NCBI RefSeq assembly: GCF_006345805.1 | Contig: NC_043004.1 | Coordinates: 34,162,001-34,226,000, forward strand | Direction: 5' to 3' | Source of the DNA: Octopus sinensis | Lineage: Eukaryota | Length of the DNA: 64,000 nucleotides | Shown here: positions 26,150 to 38,632 of the stretch, one piece after another | How the letters are laid out: each line of letters starts with the position of its first letter | Position numbering within the stretch: position 1 is the stretch's first letter | Position numbers and translations under genes: made by a program | The notes under the pieces: generated by a model | Seen by the model: only the letters and a program-made list of their open reading frames with translations | What the model was told of the DNA's origin: nothing | Databases searched by the model: none

Positions 26150-26575
26150 ACCATGTCCCAATAGCGATGCTTCAAAGAAAAAGTAAATGGCCACAATTGA
26201 AATTGAAATGAAAATAATAAAGATAATTCACCAAACATTGGAAAAGCATTAGGCGTTAATCAGTCAGCAATCAGGACAATCTAAGAGAACAAATAAGATT
26301 AATGGACATGATTTGTAGCTTGGATGAGAAGAGTCTCTATTCCAATGAAAGTGACAATTGTCACTAAGCAACACAGTGGTTTAATTATTATCATAGAACG
26401 ACTATTATTAATTTGATTAGCGGATCAAAACCAGTGTAATACACCTATTAACCTTGGTTTAGTGCAAGAAACAGCTTAAAGCATGAACTGCAAGCAAATG
26501 TTTTTGTGAGAAAGAATTTATTGTGAGTTGGGCAGTTCAATGGTTTCAAAAAGAAAGGAATTTCCTCAGAGTGCA
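26150..26575 (+). mobile_element. pogo/Tigger-like transposase remnant (CENP-B-type HTH)
   Basis: VTKQHSGLIIIIERLLLI*LADQNQCNTPINLGLVQETA matches the Tigger ..MEKLLxxWIxDQxQxxxP...IQEKA pattern. Frameshifted. Confidence 0.65.
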
Positions 26576-26819
26576 GTATTAGAATTGGAGCTGATGTGCA
26601 GAGAGATTATGAAAATGGTGAAAAAAGAAATTACTTGAGAAAGTTACATTCCAGAGTGAATGTTTAATGTATTTTCCAAAATGTATCATCACGCTCATCT
26701 GGTATATTTTGAAAATGAAGAGGATTTTAGGAAGAACATGAAACACACACACACACACACACACACATGCATACATGTACTTATCTTTCACTCTCTCTCT
26801 CTCTATATATATATATATA

Positions 26820-26850
<31 letters not shown>

Positions 26851-27883
26851 ATATGTATATATATAAATACACATACATACATATATAGTGTATGTGTGTG
26901 CGTGTGAGAGAGAGAGAGAGAGAGTGAGAGAGTGAGTGAGGTAGATAAATAGCTATATAGTTAGCCAGATATGCATATATACATGTGTGTACATATGCAT
27001 GTATGTTTGTATATGTGTATATGACTCAAACTTTACTCCAACAACAGCTCTTTAATTGCGACTATGTTCAAGACAGTATTCTTGACTAACAAAACAGGTT
27101 TCACCCTAACTTCTTATTCAAGTGGTTAGTGATTGTAGGAAGGGCATTCAGTTGAAAAATTAAACAGGTTCCACCCTTTCCTTCACGGTTGAGTAATTAG
27201 GCTGTAAAAAGTGCTTTCTGATATAAAAACAATTGCACTAATAAAAAAGAGAAAGAAAAATATCCCATAGAAGAAAGTATGAAAAAAAATGACATTTAAA
27301 CAGCAAGCAAGCAAAAAATATGTGTTTATGGTTTAATGGTTAAAATATGTTCTACCTTTATATTCTTTTATGCTTATTTTATAGTCTAATTCATTTCCTC
27401 TCTGCTTACAGCCCTAACAAAAGTAGTTGAGCCTGCATGTATGAATCTATGTGCAAACACTGTGTGTATACCTGTGTATATGCTATTGTTCTATATAGCA
27501 TCTGAACAGCCTGCAGGGGTGTGTGTCAGAATAGATGTTTATGTATGTGAGCAATTGCATTTTACTGCTTTTCATTTTGTCTCAACTTCCTGATAAAATG
27601 GTAATTTTACAGTACAATATTTTAATGCTCATATACATTATTATATAATGTCAATGCTTTCATGAATCAAAAAGTTGGTGATAAACTCTGGTTTGTGCAG
27701 AGTTAAGTAGAGTATAGAGAACTATAGACAGCCAAGTTAGTTATTGGACAACTAAGTGACGAGCTAGGTTTCATCGATATTGACCACGCTCGGTATCGGA
27801 AACCATGACACAAAACTTCTGATGCAGTAAACAGTGGTATTTTAAATCAATAAGCATTTTGTTAGCTCACTGAGCTGGGTTTG

Positions 27884-28630
27884 ATTTATTCTGTTGATTT
27901 CAATCAAAATAAAACACTAAAACCAAGAAATAACAAACTCCAGGAGATTCTCAGTAGTCTTATGCTTTGGTATGTATTGGTTAAGTTATCTATTGTTGAA
28001 GAGGTCTAATAAGACCGAAGCATGTTTGAAATTGTTCCCCACTGTATTCACCCACCACCATTCAGTATTTATTCTGTTGATTTGAATCAAAATAAAACAC
28101 TAAAACCAAGAAATAACAAACTCCAGGAGATTCTCAGTACTCTTATGCTTTGGTATGTATTGGTCAAGTTATCTATTGTTGAAGAGGTCTAATAAGACCG
28201 AAGCATGTTTGAAATTGTTCCCCACTGTATTCACCCACCACCATTCAGTATTTATTCTGTTGATTTGAATCAAAATAAAACACTAAAACCAAGAAATAAC
28301 AAACTCCAGGAGATTCTCAGTAGTCCTATGTTTTGGTATGTATTGGTTAAGTTATCTATTGTTGAGGAGGTCTAATAAGCCTGAAGCATGTTTGAAATTG
28401 TTCCCCACTGTATTCACCCACCACCATTCAGTATTTATTCTGTTGATTTGAATCAAAATAAAACACTAAAACCAAGAAATAACAAACTCCAGGAGATTCT
28501 CAGTACTCTTATATTTTGAGATTCTCAGTAGTCTTATGTACTGGTTAAGTTATATATTGTTGAGGAGGTCTAATAAGACCTAAGCATGTTTGGAATTGTT
28601 CCCCACTGTATTCACCCACTACCATTCAGT
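27884..28630 (+). repeat. Tandem array of four 183-bp monomers
   Basis: Unit starts at 27884, 28067, 28250 and 28433 (exact 183-bp period). Unit 4 has a short internal duplication (gagattctcagta twice). Confidence 0.97.
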
Positions 28631-29680
28631 ATGTAATTATTCGGGTTTTAAAGTTATCCAACACAGGACCAGAAATTTGAGGAAGAGGATTATTTGATAG
28701 CCTCAAACCCAATGCTTGGCTGTTGCTTTATTTAATCAACCTGGGAAGGTAGAAAGCTAAAGTTGACTTCAGAGGGATTTAATCTCAAAATATAAAGTTG
28801 CAGATGAAATATTGCAAAAGAATTTTGTGTATCACTAATAACTGTGCTAATAATAATGCTCTTTAATGGTGATTATTTCATACATTGGCACATGTCTTAA
28901 AATTTGAGGTAGGGTTATGTTTAGATGATAACATCAAACGTGGTATTTGATTGATTATTTTGTTTTATCTACCCTGGAGTGATGAAATCCAAAGTAAACC
29001 TTGAAGAATTTGAGCTCAAAAGACAAAGAACCAGAACAATATACTGCAAGGCATTTTGCCTGATGCTTCTGTCCAATTCCCAAATCTGCCACCCTAATTG
29101 TTAATTTAGCATTCTTTTGGCTCTTGAAATTCTTACACTTTGCACTTAATTAAAGGCATCCCTGAAAATTTATTTACCCAATTTTTATTTTAAGTTACTG
29201 TATTGGTGAATGTTTTGTATGGCCAACAAGTAGTGGGATTCCACAGTGAAGGAAGACCCTTGCTAAGTTGAAACAATCACTAAAATCTATACAGCTTAAT
29301 GTAACATTCCAGGTAAGTTATTGCCTGGATCAATCTGAGAGCCATAAAATGTATCATGATGCATCTAAACAATTTGAGCTGAAGAAACAGAACAATAAAA
29401 GAATTCTATCCTGTAATCAACAGATACATTTGTCCAGTCCCAGGCAAGTCCCCAAAGTAACTTCATAGCAAAATCCATTCCAGAACTCAAATTATATTTA
29501 TGCATCCATTACAAATAAATGCAGCTTCTCTTTTTTATATTTTTATTCTTTCCTTTGAACTTTTTCATTGAAATTGATGGGAATAATCATCATTTCAAGT
29601 TATAATATCAGTGAATGCGTTTACTCAAAAATTTTTATTATCGCAGACATCCTTGGTCTTGGCAAATGCTGGTTCAATTG

Positions 29681-29724
29681 TGTTTATCTGATGAGGTCAA
29701 ATAATACTGAAATATGTCAAAAGT
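29681..29724 (+). ncRNA. Candidate minimal type I hammerhead ribozyme (canonical core, GUC site)
   Basis: tgtttat-CTGATGA(29688-29694)-ggt/caaataat/act-GAAA(29709-29712)-tatg-TC-aaaagt. Confidence 0.45.
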
Positions 29725-30736
29725 TATCAACGTACTACTAAGGATTGAATACACTGTTTAATAATTAAATTTTGAAATTCTTCAATCCAGATGTATAAAT
29801 TTAGCATAATTTGTATTATTTATGAAACACCATTCTGTTTTATCAAAGCACATTCTATAATAACCCAGAGACTGGTAGCCAAACACCTTATCCAGAATGT
29901 TTGACATCTAATTAACAAATAAGATTGTTAATTAACAGAGTATTTATAGCATAAGACAAAATTGAAGAATTTGACTTGGTTCACTACATTATGAATTGGA
30001 ATCCTATTGAGGTCAGTTTTGCTTTCCACTCTTTTTCTTTTGGTCATTCATTTTTACATCCATTTTTCCATGCTAGCATGGGTTAGATGAATATATTTTT
30101 AAGACATTGTCTTACAGCTTTTCAGTAACCTTTACCAATTTTTCAAGAAGCTGATAAAATAAAGTACCATTCCAGTGAAGTGGATTGATAGAATTGTTGG
30201 AACATTGGTTGAAATGTTCTGTAGTATTTGTTCTGGTTTTTGTAATTAGATTTCTTATGGGTTAAACTTAATTCTTCGTCCATTTTAACACCACAACCAC
30301 CTAAATGCTAGGTGCCTTTAGTAGAGTTCCCTTTATTCAAAGTATTTGGGCAGGTCTTGAATTTGAAGATAACTTCCTTTATCCCATCAGTTTCTGAGGC
30401 TCTGAAAAAATAAATACATGTTTAAAAGTTCGTGGGCACTGCCCCTCCATCCTTGACTAAACAGTGAAATTAAAAATACATTACTAAATTGAAAGAAATT
30501 TTTTAAAAAATAAACAGAAAAGCACAAAAAAATGTTGAAAATAAACAAAGATAATAATAATGAATAAATAATATTAATTTGCCAAAATTATAAATAATAG
30601 AGAATAAGGAAGTTTTTAGTTTTGTTTGGTACAACTACTTTAGTGACAGCAGCATAATAAAATGTATCTAGTTTATGAAGTAGACTAGTGACAGGAAAAA
30701 CATCCAGTCATGGAGGTCAGATCATAAGAAACAACA

Positions 30737-30977
30737 TATAAAGGGTGGCCCAAAAACTAGGTTTACGGTTATTCAAATATCTCTTTCACATTCATATATT
30801 AACAGTTTAGATCTTAATTATAAAAAAATATGAAACCATTATTCTATGCTAATTTAGTTGATTTTGTCAAGCTCCCATTTCAGTTTGTAAGATAGAAATT
30901 TAAATTTAATAAAATGTTGTAAAATAAATTTAAGTGTCTACGTGATAACTGTAAACCTACTTTCAGGTTATCCTATA
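30737..30977. mobile_element. Tc1/mariner-type MITE
   Basis: Imperfect terminal inverted repeats agggtggcccaaaaactaggtttacggtt / aactgtaaacctactttcaggttatcct, flanked by TA. Confidence 0.55.
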
Positions 30978-32705
30978 CAATAAAAGAATAATTTTTTTGT
31001 TGTTTTGTGTGTCAGATGATGAAGATGCAATTTGGATGGCAAGATGCTGAAACACCACGCAGCCCATGCTGACAAGGACTAAATGACGACGATGATGATG
31101 ATCATAAATTAGACGCTGTAGGAGGCTCAATTGCAATGGTTAACTGGTTGACTAAAATTATTTCTATACATTCATTTCTATTATGGAATTATGATTCTGT
31201 CAGTTTGATTTTTGTTTTCCTTCCTTCTCCATTTAATAAAATAAAATACCAGTTATATACATAGGTCAATGTGACTTGACTATACTCTTAAACCTTATTG
31301 TATTCCTAGCATTGCAATTAATTAAACGTTAATGGAACAACAGAAGTGCAAGCATGCCAAACTAGAACTTTTCAGTATTTAGTTGCAATTCCTCTACCTT
31401 CTGAGATTAGATCCTTGCTGAAGATCAACTTTGGTTTTCATTACTCTGGGGTGAATAAGATATCTGTGGTCAATAAAATAAGCACCAAACATGTTATGGC
31501 GTTAATTCAGTTGATTATACAAATTCTTCATATTTGCATTAGTCGAAGAAATCTTTATTAATTGCATAATATAAAGTTTGTATTTATACTGTATTGAATT
31601 ATAACCCCTCCCCCCACTTTAACTAATCTTCTATAATTAATGGCCATATGGTGCAAGATAATACAACCGGCTGCCACTTATTCTGCAGGGATTAATGTCA
31701 ACATAAATGAAACGTGAATTACCAAAGAAAGGGAATTTTTCTCTAACTGTGAAAACGAAAAATTCATGGAAATATTTGCTTTACATTGAGTTCAGGGGGC
31801 ACAAGTCTGAATCAAGTTGGTCTGAGAAAACAAAAGCAGGAGATAAGCAAATTAAATGAAACAAGGAATGACAAGTGTTTACATTAAAATGTCATTAATT
31901 GTAAACAGTGTCAGTAGATCCCGTCATAAGGTCACCAAGGAAACTAACCAAGACATAGGGCAAGAAGAAGAGACTGGCATATAGTCGTTTGCTGTGCTAG
32001 AAATAGCAGCCAAATCCAATTTAATATCATACCCTTCCATCATAGAAAAGTGAGGACAACAAATTGAATATGGTAGTCCTACATACGTGATGTCTTTACA
32101 AAAGGACAGGATGGTCACAACTTGAATGGCTTTGATCATTAGGTCTACACACTCTAACCATTATAGACATGGGAATAAAGCAACTGAGAAGCAAAGAAAT
32201 GGTAGATTAAGGAAATGGTGGAAATTCCAGAGAAATTTTAGCTTCTCTAGATTCTCAACTTTCAGCTCTTTGTAAGCAAACATAACAATGCAGGTGCTAC
32301 TACATGGTTCTTTGGTATGCTAAGTAAATTGGCTTCAGATCACAACCAGCATGCTAAATGTTAGAGAATACAGTAGACAATGTCCATCCTGATATACTAT
32401 TAATAAAAGACACAATAGTGTTGACCAAAATGTGTTAGATTATAGAAACGGTTTATTAAGAGTGACCTGTGCTACCCAACAGCAATAACTATAGTGAAAC
32501 AACACACCATCAGCCAGAATAGACATAATTTGTGACACAGCTCCGTATTCGATGAAGTATTGCAAATCTAATGTGAAGCCGAGCAAGTGTATTCTTATAA
32601 TTTAAATATAATTAAATTCTAATTAATTCTAATATATTCTCTGACCATTTTCATCTTCATTTCTTCTATTCTTCCACTTGTTTAGATTAATGAGAATTTT
32701 TCTGC

Positions 32706-32758
<53 letters not shown>

Positions 32759-33537
32759 CGCAGAGAGAGAAAGAGGGTTAGATAGAGAGAGAGGGGGAGA
32801 GAGAGAGAGAAACAGTGACAGAGAAAGGGAGAGAGAGAGTGAGAGCAAGTAAGAGAAGAGAGATAATGATGCAAATAAACAAATAAGCATGCTTGGACTT
32901 GATATATAAAATATCAATACATATATGCATGTAAATATATATAGGAGTATATATAGAGAGAAAGAAACGCCAAAAATATTCAGAAGAGGAATATTCATAT
33001 ATAAGCAAATAAATATTTACAGAACAGATTTACACGGAATACATAAATGCAGAAAACTAAGGGGAGAGGACATAGTATTTCAGGTTCAACAGCTGTTTCT
33101 GGAGGGTTGGAATTAAAAAATAATTGTAATGTTGACAGATGGAGCATGCAAAAAGTCAATTCTACATTGAGAATCTTTAGATCTCACCTGCTGACTCTCT
33201 CTCTGTCTCTGTCTGTCTATATATCTGTCTGTCTGTCTCTCTGTATATATATATATAAATATAAAACTATAGGATTCAAAGAATCAAATAGAATTCACAG
33301 TAAACTTTCAACTTGGTGTCTGGCTATCAAGAAACAGTGTGGTTAAGGCTACGATGTAACCTCATTGTTGCCCTGAAAAGTCCAGAAATAGCAATGGTGG
33401 AGGCTATATATAAAAATGGGCTAAATAAGAAAAGCGAAGTGAGAGAACAGATGTTCATTCCATTAGATGACTGCTGTTACATAATCTACATTAGTTACAT
33501 AAGCAATGTAACATCTGAGATTGCGGCATGATAACCA

Positions 33538-33984
33538 TGTAGGAGTAACACAACATGCTCACTGAATGGCCACGGTTATATGAAAGCCATCATATACAAG
33601 GCAGAGGTAACAGCAATAAGACTAAATGGGTAACCAAACGTGCAAAAGTATGTGGTAGCAACTGAAGGCTCTTTCAGAACCTGCTATAACAATCACAAGT
33701 ACTCCTTCAGCATCCTGGTGAGATGTAACACCACAACCCTGGCCAAGTATGTATGGTTGTTGAAAGAATGTACCACCAATTACAGCATAAAATGGAATAT
33801 TCTAGGGAAATGGAAAGAATACTTCAATAGCAGCAGGAAGTGCAGGTTGTGCCTGGCTGAGAAAAGAGCAATATTAAAGAGCTCCCAGCACCAAGGCATC
33901 TACCTGAACAGCAGAAGTGAAGTTTTTAATCCTTGCCCACATGAAGGGAAGTACATCCTGTCACACCTGCATGCCCCATCGTGA
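33538..33984 (+). pseudogene. Penelope-like element GIY-YIG endonuclease, C-terminal ORF remnant
   Basis: Single frame CRSNTTCSLNGHGYMKAIIYKAEV...*...QKYVVATEGSFRTCYNNHKYSF...TTLAKYVWLLKE...YSIKWNIL...CRLCLAEKRAIL...YLNSRSEVFNPCPH, with one stop at 33631-33633. Confidence 0.85.
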
Positions 33985-34635
33985 ATATAACCACTAGTCT
34001 CCCAACTTCGGCCCTCCCTCCATCAAATGTGAAGCCTATATTTCTCAACAACTATTATTGTTTTCGGCCGCATTGCATATCTATCTTAACATGCCATGGA
34101 CTAAATTTTTCAACAATAACTTATTAATTACCAACTCTAATTTTAATAACACAAGAGCCTAAACTGTTTTGTAGTACTGGGATCAAATACTATCAAGGTG
34201 ACCCCACTTTTATGTATAGCCCTTTTAGTTCATGCCTCATAAACATTGATGAAAGACTTTCTTTAAGATTGCTTACATTCTTCATTGAAATGGTAAATAT
34301 GGTAAGAAGGATAAGGAATCTCCAAGAAGGTAATTAATTTAGATTAAAATCATTGTGTTGAAATTGATGATGTTTGGAAACCTTTGAAACATTAATAGAA
34401 TTCTTCAGCATAATGTTCTGCTTAGTTTAGGCACCACCAAATTTCAAGAAGCCTTAAAATATCTTGAACATAGAACCTATTACAACCAATATATTTGTGA
34501 CACAGGTTTGAATACATTTGTCAGAGCACAACAAAGTTAACATGGGAATGTTTTGTTGTGCCTTTTCACCCACTCTAAAAGCATAAACAAGTCAGAGCAA
34601 TAGTTTTCAAATATCAATACTGGTTAACAAGACAA

Positions 34636-35030
34636 CTCCACCTGTCTAACACCCGTGGACATGTTTACAAAGTCAGAAAACAGCACAGCTCCCATGACTT
34701 TTGAAAACATTTTTTCAAGCTAAGAGTTGCTGAAGCATGGAACAAACTGCCAGCATCAGTTGTTAGTTGTCGGAGCACTGCAACCTTCAAATCTTCCATG
34801 CTTCCTGAGATTCACCAACACTACACCTGATTTTCTCCCCTCCATGCAATCGCAAGCATGTATCTGACTCATACACTGTTCACTTCCCAGACATTTGCAC
34901 ATTACCGCATATGCTTTATATGCACTTTCGACAAGTGCACCTGAGCACTGTATACAATAATTTCATTATTATTATTATTATTATTATCATTATTATTATT
35001 ATTATTATTATTATCATTATTATTATTATT
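34636..35030 (+). mobile_element. CR1-clade LINE 3' end with (ATT)n tail
   Basis: Clearly homologous to 49250-49435 (NTRGH.YKV.KQHSSHDF...RVAEAWNKLP). Confidence 0.85.
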
Positions 35031-35689
35031 GTTATTTTTATTTTATTTGTCTACTTAGATAAGAAAAAGTAAGACCTGCAAATACTAACTTAAAATTTGA
35101 ATTCAAAATATATCTTCATAAAATACAAAAATATTTAAGCTTAGACACAAAACACAGAACAATTTATAGATGTACAAGCACGGTGTATATCTGTTATAAA
35201 TTCATCAATTTGCATATATACATATACACACACACATGCACAGAGAGAGAGATGGGCTGTTTTAAAATAATATGCTTCAGTACCAGGATTCCTAAACACC
35301 TTATTTATTAAATTCCGACCCATACAAGAGTGAAATACTTTGTTGCTGATCTCCTACAAATACAGATTTAGGTTGTTTATTCTTAACGAGGTTCTTTATT
35401 TCTAAATATCACACTAAAAGTTTGGAATCCAGGCATTTTATCCAAGCAAACCCTATTCTGAAGCAAGCTGCACTTTATCCAGGTGAACCCTATTCTAAAG
35501 CAAGCCACACTTTATACATGTGGCCCCGATTTTCTGAACAAATTTTAATAAAATTCTCTTTGCTACTTTCAAGAACTGACCTATTGATTTAAAATACTTG
35601 TAACTGTTCTTCTTCACTGTATCTACTCTGCCTATGTAGCAACTTCTGACAACCATACTGTTCTGGTATTCTCCTCCTCCTCCTCCTCC

Positions 35690-36012
35690 TCATCATCATC
35701 ATCGTCGTCGTCGTCGTCGTCATTATCATCATCATCATCCTTTAATGTCCATTTTTCTTGCTGGCATAAGTGGTCTGGTTCAACAGACAAGCCAGAGAGC
35801 TGCAGCAGGCTACAATTGTCAGTTTTGGCATGGTTTCTATGGGTGGATACCCTTCCTAAAGCCAACTGCTTTTCAGAATGTGCTGGGTGCTTTTTACATA
35901 GCACCAGCCCCAGTGCATTTCATGTGGAACCAGTACGGGTGTTCTTTTGTGCAACTCCACCTTCAGCGCTTTTTATGTGGCACCAGCACAGGTGCTTTAT
36001 ATGTGGCACCAT
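35690..36012 (-). mobile_element. RTE-type LINE 3' end with extended (ATC/GTC/CTC)n tail
   Basis: tttaatgtccatttttcttgctggcat... preceded on the plus strand by the triplet tail. Confidence 0.7.
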
Positions 36013-36564
36013 TAGAAATACAAACTATTTAACAAAGCAAGAGACTAACATGTGACTGAAGTTTTTTGAGTATACTTAGGTTGATGGAAACTGTATGGAA
36101 GCCAACCAGGGGAATTATTCCTAATCTTGAATGGTTTGCTTATTTTATTACCTGAATCCTTTCCACAAACTGGCCCTTGTGTGACTTTAGTGAAGTCCAC
36201 TCTGTTGGAAATATGTGGATTCTTCCATCTGTTCTGGATTTGTATCTTATCCTTTGTGGCTCTGTCCAAGGTAGCTCCAGTCTGGCAACATAGTTCCATC
36301 CTTGTTTCATATATATGAATGCACTGAACCTCCACACATCCCATTCATGACTCTTATAATTATTTCTATTTGCTCTCATTTCTCTACTGGAATTCATAAG
36401 TTACCAATATTCTTTGTAAAATCCTAAATTCTTAATGAATTAATTAGTTTATATGTTTTAAATTGACACACACACTCACATGCATACAGGTACACTCAGT
36501 CACAAACACACACACACACACACGCTCCTTCATAAAAACACACAGAGACACACATATATATATA

Positions 36565-37200
36565 CTAGCAGTATCGCCCGGCGTTGCTCGGGTTTGTAAG
36601 GGAAATAACTATATAAGCATTTTTAGAGAGTTATAGCCAAAAAATAGCAAAAAATGCATTAAAAATGGAAAAAATATGATGGTAATTTTTTTTTAAAATC
36701 GTTGACCCATCGTAGACATTTTTAGAGAGTTACTTCCCATATATAATAGCGAAAAAATGCATTAAAATGGAAAAAAAACGATGGTAATTTTTTTTTTAAA
36801 TCGTAGACTCATGTAGACGCTTTCTTAGCCATTTCTGTTTTGGTGTCTTCAAGCCATGAAGTCGTTGTTCTAAAAGAACACTGGTCTCCTTGACAACGCA
36901 TTACGACGTTGATTTCCTTACACTCCCTTCCCCACAGGTGCAGGTGTGAGCGTGGACGCCAACTCCGCCGCCATCGACACACGAAAAATTATGCATTAAA
37001 AATGGAATAAAAAATGATGTTAATTATTTTTAAATCGTAGACTCATCGTAGACGCGCGCTAATATTCAGACGAGCTCGATATGAATCACGACTATAAGCT
37101 ACCCGAATTTGGTTAAACTGTACCGCAAAATGTGGGAGTAGTTAGGAATCTAAATCGAAGGGGACAGACACTCACACAACTACAGTTTTATATATATAGA
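36565..37200 (-). mobile_element. Non-autonomous Helitron, long copy with internal capture
   Basis: Minus strand reads A|TC (37200-37199) ... CCCGagcaacgcCGGG hairpin ... CTAG|T (36568-36565). It has three copies of an internal 70-bp module plus a 162-bp insert absent from the 165-459 copy. Confidence 0.85.
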
Positions 37201-37224
37201 TATACATAGCGCAGTAGTGGTGAG

Positions 37225-37610
37225 ATATGACAGCAAAGAAAAGCATACATTCACTCTCTGCATGCAATTAGACTCGGAAAGTTCGTGAGGAACCCATTGA
37301 CCAAATTTGCTGACTTTTCCGATAGCACACAGGTGTCAATGAATGGTTGAATGACCAAATCCAAGCTTCTCTGCTAGTTCCTCAACAGTTACGATGATAT
37401 TTTGTTCCACCAGGGTTTTCAGGATGTCCTTGTCGAGTTCTACAGATCTTTCAGGATGAGGCTCGTCTTCTAGGCTGTAGTTTATGGCTCGGGATTTCTG
37501 GAACCACCATTGACACTGCCTTACGCTTATTGTCCAATCCCCATATACTGCATTAATATTTCTTGTACTTTGCACACATTTATATTCTGTTATTCTTTTA
37601 TATGTTTCAG
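37225..37610 (-). pseudogene. mariner transposase N-terminal fragment
   Basis: RNINAVYGDWTISVRQCQWWFQKSRAINYSLEDEPHPERSVELDKDILKTLVEQN...TVEELAEKLG...HL.AIGKVSKFGQWVPHELS, containing the mariner WVPHEL motif at about 37278-37297. One stop. Confidence 0.9.
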
Positions 37611-38598
37611 CCTTGAGGTTGTGGCCATGCTGGATCATGTGTCTGTGTGTGTGTGTGTGTGTCTATCTGTCTGTCTGTCTGTATGTATATATGTATATGT
37701 ATGTGTGTGAACAATAATATTTTCAACAGATGTGTTGCAAATGTATCTGATTGTTCTCAAGCTTCAATACTGTTAGTGTGTGTATGTGTGTGTGTGTATG
37801 TATGTATGTATATGTATGTATGTATGTATATGTATGTATGTATGTATGTGTGTATGTATGTATGTGTGTGTGTGTATGTATGTGTGTGTGTATGTATGTA
37901 TGTATGTATGTATGTATGTATGTATGTATGTATGTATGTATGTATGTATGTATGTATGAGTGTATGTTTACTTTATTACTAATTACTCTCTTCCAAGAAC
38001 ATTTTCACTCACTCTTAGCTCTTAGCTTCCCATACATTTTACTCATGTATCTATCAGCGTCATAGACAGAATACTTTCACTTTAGTCTTCCTCAAATCAC
38101 TCTGTCGCTATTTACTTTCATTTTATTCGTTGCCCACTGTGTGTGTGTTTGCGTGTGGTGTAAACCAGACTAAGAAAAGCATTTGACACACACACCAGAA
38201 TGTGAGTTTTCTGTAAATTTTGCTTAATTGGAGTTTAAATTTTAAAAACTGGACCTGGCATGACGCAATGCATTGTACTCTCAAAAATGCTAGGTAAATT
38301 GTAATTGAAGAAATCCTATATTGTAGATTTCTATAACTCCCAAAGGGAGGCAGATAAAATCTGCCTTTTATAATAAGAGATATATATATACATTCATACA
38401 AACACAAACATTCACAAAGGCACACACACATGCACACACAGACACAGACAGATAGACACACACACACACACACACACAAAGAAATAGAGCAGGAAGTCTA
38501 ACAATGTAGACAATATAACATTGTTAAGCTTTCAGTTAACATAATAACATTATAAGACAATGCTTCTATATACATCATAAATTTCAATGACACACACA

Positions 38599-38632
<34 letters not shown>

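Noticed and set aside
27884-28630. CRISPR array
   Set aside because: Monomers are near-identical over their full 183 bp with no unique spacers, no cas genes, and a eukaryotic context.
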